Source: Lama guanicoe (lineage: Eukaryota). From it: a stretch of DNA of 64,000 nucleotides. The notes under the pieces were generated by a model. The model was given only the letters and a program-made list of their open reading frames with translations. It made no database searches and was not told where the DNA came from. The stretch spans positions 806,001-870,000 of the forward strand of contig MU053881.1 in NCBI GenBank assembly GCA_013239625.1. Reading direction: 5' to 3'. Within the stretch, counting starts at the first letter, position 1; each line of letters begins with the position of its first letter. The position numbers and the translations under genes are program-made. Below, piece after piece: positions 1-12,083 of this stretch.

Positions 1-1320
1 CAATATTATATGCTACAGGTATATAATATAGTGATTCCCAATTTTTAAAGGTTATATTCTGTTTATAGTTATTTCAAAATATTTGCTACATTCCCCATGT
101 TGTACAATACATCCTTATAGCTTATTTTATACCTGATAGTTTGTCCCTCTTGATCCTCCACTGCCATCTTGCCCCTCCCCCTTTCCTCTCCCTACTGGAA
201 ACCACTAGTTCCCTCTCTACACCTATGAGTCTGTTTCTTTTCTATTATATTCACCAGTTTGCTGTATTTTTTAGATCCCACATGTAAGTGATATCTTATA
301 GTATTTGTCTGTCATTGTCTGACTTATTTCACTCAGCATAATGCCCTCTAAGACCCTCCATGCTGTACACCAGAAACTAACACAACATTTTAAATCAACT
401 GTACTTCAATTAAAAAGCAAACAAATAACCTGTTTAAAATATGGGCAGAAGAAATGAACATTTTTCCAAAAGAAGAAATGCAGATGGCCAACAGGAGCAT
501 GAGAAGTTGCTCAACGTCACTAATATCAGGGAAATGCAAATCCAAATCACAATGAGACACCATCTCACATCTGTCAGAATGGCCATCATCAAAAAGAACA
601 CAAATAACAAATGTTGGCGAGGAAGTGGAGAAAAGGGAACCCTTGTACACTGTTGGTGGGAATGCAAATTGGTGCAGCCACCATGGAAAACAATATGGAG
701 GCTTGTCAAAACCCCCAAATAGAGCCACCATATGACCTAGCAGTTCCACTCCCGGGCATATATTTGAAAAAAACAAAAACATTAATTCAAAAAGGTAATA
801 CATCCCAATATTAACAGCAGCATTATTTACAATGGCCAAGATATGGAAGCATCCTAAGTGCGTATCAATAGATGAGTGGATAAAGAAGATGTAGCGTATA
901 TATGTAATGGAATTCAACTCATCTGTAAAAAGAAGGATATTTTGCCATGTGCAGCCCTTCATTCAGTTTTTTTTTTCACTTCAAAAACCAGAATTTTATA
1001 ACTGGCATAAACATTTCCATTGCATCAAAAATAACAAAATACCTAGCAATAAACTTAACCGAGGAGGTTACCTGTACTCTGAAAACTGTAAAACACTGAG
1101 AAGGAAATTGAAGATGATACAAAGAAATGGAAAGATATCTTGTGCTCTTGGATTGGAAGAATCAACATTGTCAAAATGGCCGTACTACCCAAAGTAATCT
1201 TCAGATCCAACGCAACCCCTGTCAAAATACTCGTGACATTTTTTCATAGAACTAGAACAAACAACTCCAAAAGGTATATGGAACCAGAAAAGACCCAAAA
1301 TTGCCAAAGCAATCTTTTGT
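1..1320. mobile_element. Rearranged LINE-1 3' fragments: 3' UTR minus (1-~360), short 3' terminus plus (~361-416), ORF2 C-terminus plus (~420-950), internal ORF2 plus (~1010-1320)
   Basis: ORF 441..722 ([24 protein letters not shown]...[23 protein letters not shown]) is the L1 ORF2p C-terminal Cys-rich region. ORF 1140..1322 ([17 protein letters not shown]) is L1 ORF2p downstream of RT. Confidence 0.9.
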
Positions 1321-1339
1321 AGGCCTTTTTTCTTTTTCT

Positions 1340-3352
1340 TCTTTTGTTCTCTTTTCTTGCGGTTTGATGACAAGAGAAGTTCCTTTAACATTTGTTGTAA
1401 AGCTGGTTTGGTGGTGCTGAATTCTTTTAGCGTTTGTTTATCTGTGAAGCTTTTGATTTCTTCCTCTAATCTGAACAAGAGTCTTACTGGATAGAGCATT
1501 CTTGGTTGCAGGTTTTCCCCTTTCATCACTTTAACTGTATCATGCCACTCCCTTCTGGCCTGTGGAGTTTCTGCTGAAAAATCAGCTGATAACCTTATGG
1601 AGCTCCCTTGTATGTTATTTGTTACTTTTCTCTTCCTGATGTTAATATTTTCTCCTTACCCTTAATTTTTGTCAATTTGATGTCTATGTGCCTTGGTGTG
1701 TTGCTCTTTGGGTTGATCCTGGTGTGGAACTCTCTGTACTTCCTGGACTTGGGTGACTGTTTCCCTTCCCAAGTTGGGGAAGTTTTTGGTTATTATCTCT
1801 TTAAAAGTTTTCTCAGGCCCTTCCTCTCTCTCTCTCCTTTCTGGGACCCCTATAGTGTGAGTGTTAGTGTGCTTCATGTTGTCCCAGAGTTCTCTTATAC
1901 TGTCCTCATCTCTTTTCATTCTCTTTTCTTTTTTCTATTCTGCAGTAGTGACTTCCACTAATCTGTCTTCTAGCTCATTGATCTGTTCTTCTGCCTCATT
2001 TAGTCTCTTCTTGGTTCCTTCTAGTGTGTTATTCATTTCAGTCATTTTATTCTTCAACTCTGTTTGAGTATTCTTTGTATTTTCCAGCTCTGCTAAAAAC
2101 TTCGCCCTGTGCATCTATACTCCTCCTGAGTTCTCTGAACATCTTCACCATCATTACTCTAAACTCTTTCTGAGATAAATTGCTTATCTCTTCATCATTT
2201 ATTTCTTCTTCTGGGGTTTTATCTTGTGCATTGGCCTGGGAGATATTCCTCTGCCACCTCGTCTTGTTTATCTATTTGTATTTTTAGGTAGGTTAGTTAC
2301 ATTTCTCAACCTTGGAGAGGTGGCCCTCTGTGGGAGACGTCCTATGTGTCCCAGTAGTACACTCCTCTCTTGTCACCCAAGGGCCAGGGTCCAGCCAGTC
2401 CCAGTAGAGAGTCTGGCCTGAGTCTGGACTCCTTCCACAGGCTTTGGGATTGTTGTTCTCTTATTTTTGATATCTGCCCCCAGCGGATGAGGCTGGACCA
2501 GAGGCTTATGCAGGTTTCCTGGCAGGAGAAGTCAGTGCCTGCCCACTGCTGGGTGAAGCTTGGTCCTGGACCTCTGGAGAGCAGGGCCGTGTCTAGAGGC
2601 GTTTGTGGCTTAGGAAGCCTGCTGTTGGGTGGGGCTGTGTTGTTTGGCCTGAATCTCCCCAGCCCTTAAGCCTACAGGCTGTTGGGTGGGGCTAGGTCTT
2701 GGGCTAATAATCCAGTCAGTATATTGTCAGCCTCCAGGAAAGCTAGTGCAGATGAACACTCCAGGAATGTCAGGGCCACCAGCTTTTATGTCCCCTGGGT
2801 GAGCCACAGCCATCCGCCACCTTTCCGAGAGATCGTCCAAAACCAGCAGGCAGATCTGGCCCAGGTTCCTATGAAATCAGTGCCTCTGCCCTTGGACGTT
2901 GTGTATGCAAGATTCTGTATGCGCTTCCCTGGAGAATGAAGGCTTTGTTTCCCACAGCCCTGTGGGGCTCCTGGAGTTAAGCCCCACTGTTCTTCAAAAC
3001 CAGATGTCCTGGGGTCTCCTCCTCCTCCCAATGCTGGAACCCTGGGCTGGGGAGACTGATGTGGGGCTCAGAGCTCTCGCTCCTGTGGGAGGGCCTCTGT
3101 GGCTTAACTACCCTTCAGCTTGTGGGTCTCCCACCTGGGGGGTATGGGGCCTGATTTTATCGAGAGCATGCCCCTCCTACCGTCCTGCTGTGGTTCCCTC
3201 TTTATGTTTCCAGTTGAAGTAGATCTTTCTTGCTAGGTTCCAGTCTTATCCCCCCCCCCAATAGTTGTTTAGCAGTCAGTTGTGGTTTTGCTGTAGTCAC
3301 GAGGAGAGGTGAGCTTGCGGTCCTGCTACTCCACCATCTTGACCGGAAATCC
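1340..3352 (-). mobile_element. LINE-1 5' UTR and degenerate ORF1
   Basis: Minus ORFs 1662..1919 (EDSIRELWDNMKHTNTHTIGVPE) and 1185..1529 (LQPRMLYPVRLLFRLEEEIKSFTDKQTLKEFSTTKPALQQMLKELL) are L1 ORF1p. The minus strand begins with a typical L1 start (TCAAGATGGTGGAGTAG) near 3342. Confidence 0.9.
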
Positions 3353-3381
3353 GGGCCAATCGGGGGAATAACTTTACTATT

Positions 3382-3665
3382 GTATCAGGCTGGGTAATGC
3401 TGCAGTAACAAGTAACTCCAAAATCTCTGGCTTAACATAACAGAAATTTGTTTCCCATCATGCTTCACCCTGGGACCCAGGCTGTTGCAGGTTCCATCAC
3501 CTGGAGCAGAGTTTTACATCAACACTAAATGCCCCAGCCCTTAAGTGACAAATTTTGCTTATACACATTTCATTGGCTGAAGCAAGTCACATGTCACTTC
3601 CAACTTCCTACTAGTGTCCGGGGCGAGGAAAACTGGGAATATTGATGAACAATGTGACTACCACA
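3382..3665 (-). mobile_element. MaLR (MLT1-type) LTR remnant
   Basis: Characteristic MLT1 end 'tgctgcagtaacaagtaactccaaaatctctggcttaacataacagaaattt' and 'cattggctgaagcaagtcacatg'. Confidence 0.65.
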
Positions 3666-4046
3666 AGTGTACTCTGAATTTTCCCAGAATGCAGCTACAT
3701 TGATTTGTTCAGAACCTAAGAGCTATTAACCATTTCAGAAAATCAAGTCTCCCACAGCAATGCTGCTTTCAGCATTTGAGACACCAAGATAATGCCTGTG
3801 TTGTCTCAGTCATGAGGATTTTGTATAAAGGTGCAAATATCTGGCTACATTTTTTTTTTAGTGGTAATTGTGGCTCACATATGAAACACATATTACAGAT
3901 TTATATTACAGTTATGACATATTTAATTTTTTTTACTTTCTTGTGTTGGTCAGTTTATTATATATGAGTTTCATTTCAGAATAGTAAATGGGGCATTATC
4001 AAATACATATTCCTGACAGGGCAGGCAATTGAATTTGCCCACAATT

Positions 4047-4204
4047 TTTTTTTTAGGATAAACATAATGATTTTATTTGGTAAATATTTTTATGATGCAA
4101 CCGAGCATTAATATACAGGTCGGATTTAATTTTTTTCTTTTTAGCAACGCAGTCATCTCAGCACATCAACCACTGGGAAAGTTCTTTCCTACTGCAGTGT
4201 TCAT
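4047..4204 (-). pseudogene. Short retrocopied 3' end of an unidentified polyadenylated transcript
   Basis: T-tract 4045-4054 and minus-strand AATAAA at 4072-4077. Flanked by 18-bp direct repeats with 2 mismatches: ttgaatttgcccacaatt (4029-4046) and ttgaatttgcacataatt (4205-4222). Confidence 0.7.
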
Positions 4205-5071
4205 TTGAATTTGCACATAATTCTTTTAACTCTCCTAGCAAGAAACATGGCAATTCCAGGTTCTTTCAATTTTGACTTTAAATGAGGTTAACTAATGTTG
4301 GAGAAAACTTGCTGAGGGGATTTTGGTGAAGAGGATATGCCTGATTATTTTAGGTACAAATAGTAAATCTAGAAGATACCCTAATGTGTTTATTACATTA
4401 ATTTCCATGTGCTTGAAATGTTCGGTAATAAAAAAGCTCCACCCCAAAACACGGAGCCAGTCCCCCCTCCCCACCCCCACCCTAGCTTTTTAAGAATGCG
4501 CCGTGTTTGGTTGGGCCCAGGCCTTTTCTCCTCTCTTCTCAGACCTGTTTCTCATGCCTTGACTTTCACCTGTCTGCTGCCTCCTACTGAGTGAGTCCAC
4601 CCTCGCCGGTTGCCATCATTCTCACTTACAAAAAACAAACACCTTTTGGAAGATTGTCACCAGTTTCTTAGACTCCATCTCTCATCAGGCTCTGCCCGTC
4701 TGTGCCAGTGCCCCTGCCTGCGTGGATTCCCTCCTGGCTGGCAGTCCCTCTCCAGGGCGGCTCCTCGCACCCTGGGCCTTTACTTCCTCCGTCTGCTCCA
4801 GACACCTCAGCAGCAGGACTCCCAAGACCCAGGGCTGATCCTTTCACCCTCCTGCTTGCAAATCTCCCTTTGCCTCCCCGTGGCAGGGGGCTTTGTCCTG
4901 TCTTTGTGTTGCAGGTGCGGATCGCTCCCTTCTCCTTGGTGTGGACTAGAAATTGGGTGGCTGGGTGGCTTGCCTGAGACCAAAACAGTATCCAAAGAGG
5001 GGGATCCTCGTGGCTTCTTTGGGGTTGTGGATTGGCCGTTCAGAGAGTGCCTTACTCACTTTGTCTCAGAG

Positions 5072-5542
5072 TGTTAGCGAAGGCAAGTTCGTGTGCCCAA
5101 CTGCACCACGATGCCAAACAAACTGAAATATCAGAGTCTGGAGCAGAGAAAGGTTTATTTCAGGGCTAAGCAAGGAGGATGGGGTGGCTGACACCCAAGA
5201 AAACCCTGAACTCCCCTAAGGGTTTCAACGAAGTGTAGTGAAAGGCCAGGTGAGGGGGTGGGCACAGGGCACGTGGGCAGCTCGTGTGCGATCCTCTGAT
5301 TGGCTGATGTTGAGGTAACAGGGCGTCAACACCATCAACCCCCAGGCACCAGGTCTGGGGGCCACGTGCTCTCACTCACCAAGTAGTTAATTTCTTCCCT
5401 TTGGTGGTGGTTTTTAGCATCTGGAAAACTCAGGAAATACGCATGAGATACTGTTATCTGGGTGCTTCAGAGAGGAGCTGCAGCGGAGGACAGGGGGAGA
5501 AGCCTGGCCCTGGAAGGCCCCACGGGGTCCTGCTCGGTTACA
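5072..5542 (-). mobile_element. Solo ERV LTR (ERV1-like, probably lineage-specific)
   Basis: TG...CA termini, minus-strand AATAAA near 5154-5159, near-TSD agag/atag. Clear reverse-complement similarity to 12084-12553. Confidence 0.85.
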
Positions 5543-5744
5543 ATAGGCACACGTTTTACACTTTGATTGGCAATTTATAATTAGGAAATTCTCACTCTTT
5601 GGACATGTGTGGTTCCCTGGTGCCAAGAACCAAAAAGTCAAATCATTTTTCTGAACAAATATGGAGCACACACCACTGGCTGCCAAAAGTGTTTGCCTAC
5701 AAACAGAACAAGGCCTTTGGAACAGCACTGTCCTAAAAAACCTC

Positions 5745-5845
5745 AGGCAGTGATGTAAATGTTCTAGATCTACGGGGTTCTGTGCGGTGGCCGGGAGGAG
5801 CCACAGGCGGCTACTGAGCATTTGCAATGAAGCGCATGTGACTGG
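5745..5845. mobile_element. MER3/MER33-like hAT-Charlie MITE fragment
   Basis: 'agccacaggcggctactgagcatttgcaatg...gtgactg' resembles the MER3 terminal region. Confidence 0.5.
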
Positions 5846-5989
5846 GTTATAGGAAGTGCAGGGGAGAAAGGAGGAGGGGAGCAGCATCTGTAGCAAACAG
5901 TGAGACACACTCAGAAGGAGCGGCATCTCCTGGACCACGAGGAGCCCTAATGAGACGGGAACCATCCTCTGGAAAGACTTTTGTCAGCT

Positions 5990-6300
5990 GGAAACATTTG
6001 ACTATGGACTGGATGTTAGGTATAACGGATTATTGTTAATTTTGTTAGTGTGATAATGGGTTGTGGGGATGCGGGAAAATGCCTTTATTTTTTTAGAGCA
6101 TCTGATTTAGAGTATCAAGTAGTAACAGCTCACAATGTCTGTAACTTGAAAGTACTTCACAAGAAAATATTTGGTGCAAACATGGCAAGACCTTGTCAGT
6201 CTTGAAATCGAGGTGATGAGAATAGGAGAGTTATTATATATTTCTACTTTTCTGAATATCTGACTTTTCATAAGAAAAAATAGAAAATATATAAAAAGCG
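5990..6300 (+). mobile_element. Old L1M 3' end
   Basis: 'actatggactggatgttag...tattgttaattttgttagtgtgataatgg' and a terminal 'ctacttttctgaatatctga...aaaa' typical of L1MC/ME tails. Confidence 0.6.
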
Positions 6301-7439
6301 AATCCGTGTGAAACAGGAGCCAATGTTTCATACAACATAAAGGCAGAAAAATCCTCACAGAAGTCTTGATTGAGATTTTATCTTGAATGATGAAAACAGA
6401 AATTATGAAAAGTTTATTTTCTCTTAAATGTAACAGAATTTGGAATGTGTCTGCAGCTATGGGCTGGTTTTTATAATGAGTAAAGAATTAAAAAGTGCTG
6501 ATTTTTTTTGCACAATTTTTCTGGGAAAAAACTCCCATATGACATAAAGATAGAATATTATTCATTGCATACCTGACTCACGGTGCAGTCAGAAAGAGGA
6601 GCCAACAATATTCAGGTTTCATCTTTCTTCTCAGGGCCTCTTTACTCCTATGATAGATAAGCCATACCTTCTTTTTTTCTGTGACTACATTTTTATTTTA
6701 TTTATATCTCTTTGCATGTAGCTAGTACTCAAGCTAATTGGCCAAAGGTGGTAAAGTAATTATCCCACTGGCTGTGCTATTCAGCCTTCAGGATATTTTC
6801 GCAGCATGTCTCCTCGGGGTAAAAATAAGCCATTTTGCAATATAATTACTCACTCTATGTTTGAGCCCATCTAAGCTCACTCTTCACTTTTAATATAAAT
6901 TTTAAATTTATTATTTTTTCAGCCATTCTCTTTTCAAGGTCCTACTGGATCATCAGCATTGGTTTTCTCTTCTGCTGATCGTATGTGCCAGGAGCTTTGT
7001 GTGGGACCGGGTGGGATGCGAGCGTCACTCTTGCTTACTCCGTGACATCTTGCATCGTGTGCAGATTCACAGCTTTACTGTACAATTGATTTGCATTGTA
7101 GACATCTGACAGCTGGCTAGAGACTGGCTAGCCTTCGGCGCAGTACATGGGGACTGATGCTTTGGGGGTCTGCTGGAAATAAGCTTTGAGTAGGGACTGA
7201 TTTTATAAGTAGTAATATACTTTGTAAGTGGTAATATTGGTACATCCATTAGTGAATATTTTAACACCACAAAGACTTTTGCTTCTCTGAATGTCCTTGT
7301 CACTGCGGGGACCTGGGTGGAGTATCCTCAGATGACGGGGACGCCCTCTGTTTTAAGCTTAGAGCTGTAGAACTTACTGCGGTGGTTACACCTGAATGGG
7401 ATGTGGGTGCCGGCGCTGAGATGGCATCCGGGTGTGGCA

Positions 7440-8470
7440 GTTTGAAGGGCAACCAGCTAAAAGGAAAACTCTCCTTCCTGACTCATGATACCTCTGACAC
7501 CCGCTGCCCAGAGTTAGTACAGATCCCACAGGGGAAGGACTCAGTCCCACAAGGCTGTCCCCTCCATTCAGACCCCGATTTAGGCTTTCAGTGAAGCTGA
7601 GTCCCTCTAAAACCGAGTTTATGATTAATCTCTCTGTCCAAACCTTATTCCCTTGCTTGTCTCCTCTGACCTCCATCCTGTGCTCACTGAACACTCATCA
7701 GAGTCAGGTGACTAAAGCTGCTGTTGTCAGCGACACTGCTGCCGTACTAACGTTGCTATTACGGACATCATCATTAACACACAAACTCAGGTGGTTTCTC
7801 CCGGGCAAGATGAGCTCACAGACCCCGAGCCATGGACCGCCTGGCCAGAGAATCCTAATCCAGAGACGTCCTGACCCCTGAAACTACAAGTAATTACTGC
7901 TTTTTTGTTCTTCCCCTTTAAAAACACCCCCAACTCAAAGAACAGGTTGGAGTGGATCTGAGGTTTGTCTCCCTGCAAATAAACCCTTACTTTGCTGCAA
8001 ACACCCACTGTCAGATTCTGGCTTTCTGGGCTGCGGGCACAAGAGCCCTGGCTTGGTGGCACTGCTACTTCTGAGTGACTGGCTATAAATAGACAGTTCC
8101 CACAACCCTCTCCTCAGGTTCCACAATTTGCTAGAATGACTCACGGGACTCAGGAACGTGCTTTACTTAACTATTACTGTTTATTTTAAGGCTATAACTC
8201 AGAAACTGCCAAATGGAAGAGATGCAGAGGGCAAGGTGTGTGGTAAGGGGTTTGGAGCATCCACGTCCTCTGGGGATGCATTGCCCTCCCAACACCTTGA
8301 TGTGAACCCTGTTGTTTAAGGTTTTAATGGAGGTTCAATTATGTAGGCATTTTCAATTACATTATTGCCCGTTGGTGACTGAGCTCGATCTCCAGTCCCT
8401 TCCCCCCTCCCAGGAGGTGGAGCGGGATGGGATGGAAGTTCTAACCCTCTAATCACTATACCTCAATACA
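7440..8470 (-). mobile_element. MER21-like LTR, interrupted by a younger LTR
   Basis: MER21 hallmarks 'cagatcccacagg...ctcagtcccacaag' (left) and 'actggctataaat...cctcaggtt...aatttgctagaatgactcac...actcagg' (right) on either side of a ~480-bp insert. Confidence 0.7.
7577..8061 (+). mobile_element. Solo ERV LTR nested in MER21-like element
   Basis: TATA-like tttaaaa near 7917 and AATAAA near 7978, followed by a U5-like end finishing 'ggtggca'. It interrupts colinear MER21 sequence. Confidence 0.6.
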
Positions 8471-8761
8471 CACACACAAAAAAGACCCACTTAGAACCTG
8501 ATAATGTGTGTTGTGTAACGCAGCTTTGTGAATGGATGGAGGCTTCTTGCTGGGGAAGTAGCGCTGCTGGTGTCTGGCTTCCTCAGACTTCACTGGGTCC
8601 ACTGGGTCACCCCTGGGCCAAAAGCATCAGCGTCTCTGAATGGCTAATAGTCCAACAGCCTTACTGGTCTGGAAGCTCTGCTCTGCTCTCAGGAGAGCTG
8701 AAGGCTTTTCTACTTCCCACTGAGGAATAAATAACATGAATGCTTTTTTTTTGACATTCAA

Positions 8762-8870
8762 ATATTTTTATTGAAGTACAGTCAGTTTGCTATGCTGTGT
8801 CCATTTCCGGTGTACAGCACAACGCTTCAGTCACATAGGGACATACATTTGTTCTCATGCTTTTTAATTT
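8762..8870 (-). mobile_element. Short young L1 3' terminus
   Basis: 'ttttttattgaagtacagtcagttt...tccggtgtacagcac' matches the other young L1 tails in the window. Confidence 0.75.
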
Positions 8871-8974
8871 ATGCCGAAGGAAAGACAGACACCTACAGAA
8901 CAAACATCAGTGTTTGGCTCCATCTAGTGGTCTAAAGTGGATTTGGGTTTCTAATTATCCGGGATTTGACAGTT

Positions 8975-9225
8975 TGCATCCACCCCTCTATTCTTATCCG
9001 TCCATTTATCTTTATCCATCCTTCAATTCATCAATTTCCATTCTCCTACCCACCCACCCACCCACCCATCCATCCATCCATCCATCTATCCATTCATCCT
9101 CCTATCCTGGCATCCATCCTTCAGTCCATCTATATCCATTTTCCCATCCATTCATTCATCCATCCATCCATCATCCCATGCTTCCATCCACCCTTCAGTC
9201 CATTCATATCCATTTTCCCATCCAT
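8975..9225 (+). repeat. Degenerate (CCAT)n simple repeat
   Basis: Tandem ccat/ccac units seen directly. Confidence 0.95.
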
Positions 9226-9229
9226 ATAG

Positions 9230-9695
9230 GCATCACAGCCTACAAGACCCTATGCAATCTGACCCCTGCCTATCTTTCTGACCCCATTTCTTATCATTTT
9301 ATGTGAATTTGTTAAGTTCAACTTTATTTTTGTCATTGTTGTTCCTTAAACACATCAAGCTTATTCTTTGCATAAGCTTTTACCCCTCTGCTTGGAGTGA
9401 TTTTCTCCCAGTCTTTGCCTGACTGACTTTTTATCGTCATCTTTCATATCCAAGCTCAATCCAACTCTCTGGAGAGACTTCCCTGACCACTCTAAAACAC
9501 ATACCCCTTCCAGCCTCCAGCCCCTCTTCCTCACTTCACCCGGTGGTACTTCCTTCACAGCACCCTTCACTGCCTGACATTTTCCTGTTGTAGTTTTATT
9601 TATTTTCATTTCCTCCCCTCATTGGAATGTGGCTCAGAGGGAAACGTGCTTCTCTTGTTCACTGCTGTATCCCCAGTGCTCAGAACAAACCACCC
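9230..9695 (+). mobile_element. L2 LINE 3' region
   Basis: 'agcctacaagaccctatgcaatctgacccctgcc' and 'tcttgttcactgctgtatccccagtgc' are L2 3' motifs. Confidence 0.7.
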
Positions 9696-10589
9696 CCATA
9701 TTAACATATGATTTTAAACAACAAAAATTTATTTTATACTTCTGCTGCACATCTTGATTGGCAGAGATTCCCCCCATTCTTCGCACCCAGAGTCCCAACT
9801 GGCCAAGCCCCCATCCTCTGGAACTTCCTTTATTACCCCCGCCGGGGGAAGGAAGCAGACCAGGAGATATGGGGGCAAAGAATCTGAGGCAGTCCACCTC
9901 GGATCATTTGTGCTTAAAGTTCTGGGTGCTTCTTCAGCTGGTCCATCACCACTTGTTTTTCAGACCCTCCGAGAGCCGCTGCCCAGACTGCGTCCGGAGC
10001 TTCTAGCTGTGTTCAGTGGGTGAGGCAGAGAGGGCTGTGCTGACTCTGTCTTACTCGGAACCAGAATCTCTCAATTGTTTTAAAGATGATTTAAGAGACA
10101 GTTTAAGTTGCATTATAGTTTTTCCTGGTGGGAAGCTTTGAATAAACTAGTCTGCCATTACTAGGATCAAAAGATTTCGGAATAAGTTTATCGAGTTCTG
10201 TAATAAATTCAACTGGGATTATCATGGAATCACATTAAAATTATAGGTTAATATGAAGGAGACTTTGGTATGCTTCTTTATATCTTCAGACGATCTTTTG
10301 TCTCTTAAAAGAGTGTTTAAATTTCCTCCATAATGGTCTTATGCCTATTGGTTAAGTTACTTTACAAATAATTTTTATACGTACATATATCTTTGCCATT
10401 GTGTATGGTATCTTAAATTAATTTTGTGTTGGTTTATTGCTAGTGTGAACAAATGTAATTAATTTGTATATTTTTATAGGAAATTTATAATCAGTATTTA
10501 GATTTCATAAATTTGTAGTTGAAACAGTAGATCCACATACCTGAGTTGTTTCAAGCATCTGTAAAGGTTTTCTAATAGGTACATCCATA

Positions 10590-10862
10590 GGTTACACACT
10601 TGACGATTCCACTTACAGGACCTTCTGGGAAAGGCAAAACTCTGAGGACAGAGAACAGATCACTGGTTGCCAGGGGTGAGTGGTGGAGGAAGGGTTTAGC
10701 TAACAAGGAGAAGTATGAGGGACAGTTTTGGGGCAAGAGAACTGTTTTATATCCAAATTGTGGTGTTGGTTGCACTGCTCTGTGCATTTATCAAAACTCA
10801 CAGAAGTGTACACCCAAAGCAGTAAATTTTATTTTACTTCATGTAAATTTTTTAAAAAATCA
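10590..10862 (+). mobile_element. Old L1M 3' end
   Basis: 'gattccacttac...aaggcaaaact...gacagagaacagatcactggttgccagggg...tcaaaactcacagaagtgtacac'. Confidence 0.75.
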
Positions 10863-10924
10863 GAAATATTCCAGAACTTAACAACATTAAAAAGGTTTTC
10901 TGATAATGGAATTGAGTATCAGTT

Positions 10925-11055
10925 GTTCAATTAAACTTAAAACTAATTAAAGTGAAGTAAGATAAAAAAAATTCAATTCCCCAGTCTTAGCCACATTTCC
11001 AGGATCCACAGCCACAAGCAGCTGGTGGCTGCTGCGTTAGACAGTGCGGTTCTAA
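10925..11055. mobile_element. MER3/MER33-like MITE end
   Basis: 'tagccacatttc...agccacaagcagctggtggct...ttagacagtgc'. Confidence 0.6.
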
Positions 11056-11435
11056 TATGTGGGATAAGAGAAGAACCAGTTCTGCCAGTTTGGAAGGGCT
11101 CACCTGTAAAATACATATATAATGTATATATTCTTTTTTTTGTCTAGTCTTGAGTGGGAGGAATCTTTGATTACCATTTCAACTAAAAAACTATCAATTT
11201 ATTCAAATTATCTTTCCTTCTTGTGCAATTTTGGTATTTAAAATTTTGCCTATAGATTTCTCCATTTTTTTTAGGTGTAAAAATTATTAGCATTTTATTG
11301 TTTATAAATATTTGTCACCTTCACTAATCTTTTATATTATCTTTTGACCTACAGTTATCTTTATTGTATTGCCCCTTCTCATTTCTTTGGATTTGTTCTG
11401 CTCTTTTGAGCTGAATGCCTGTCTCATTTATTTTC

Positions 11436-11832
11436 TTTTATTGACATAGAGTCAGTTACAATGTGTCAATTTCTCGTGTACAGCATAATGTTTCAGTCAT
11501 ACATATACATATATATTGGTTTTCATATTTTTTCATTATAAGTTACTCCAAGATATTGAATATAGTCCCCTATGCTATACAGTATAAACGTGTTTGTCTG
11601 TTTTATAGACAGTAGTTAGTATTTGCAAATCTCAAACTCCCAGTTTATCCCTTCCCACCCTCCCGCCTAAGTTGCCATCAGATTGTTTACTATGTCTGTG
11701 AGTCTGTTTCTGTTTTGTAGATAAGTTCATTAGTGTCTTCTTTCCTTTTTAGATTCCGCATATGAGTGATGTCAGATGGTATTTTTCTTTCTCTTTCTGG
11801 CTTCACTTCACTTAGAACGATGACCTCCAGGT
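11436..11832 (-). mobile_element. Young L1 3' end (5'-truncated)
   Basis: Same 3' UTR as the copies at 23.5, 36.8, 44.0, 50.6, 52.3 and 59.5 kb; imperfect TSD tcattta(t/c)tttt. Confidence 0.85.
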
Positions 11833-12083
11833 TCATTTACTTTTAACATCACCTGTTTCCCAACACGTGTATTTGGAGGTATACATTTTCCTTCAGCTAC
11901 TGTTAGTTGAGTCCCACAAAGTTTTTTTTTTTTTAACTTTGTAAGAAATTAATTTATTTGAGTTGAGCTATTTTTGAAATATGAAAGTTGGTTGTGTTTT
12001 TTAAAGCTGTAATTCTTGTAGATGTTCCGTGGTTAAAACCTTGCCTGTGCATATTACAAACGGTCATCTCTGTCTTGCACTTC

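Noticed and set aside
390..962. 190-aa minus-strand ORF
   Set aside because: Antisense reading of the L1 ORF2 3' end, a common spurious ORF.
8857..9306. His/Pro/Ser/Ile-rich ORF (likewise 61244..61735 and the His/Thr-rich ORFs at 20989-21498)
   Set aside because: Translations of (CCAT)n and (CA)n simple repeats.
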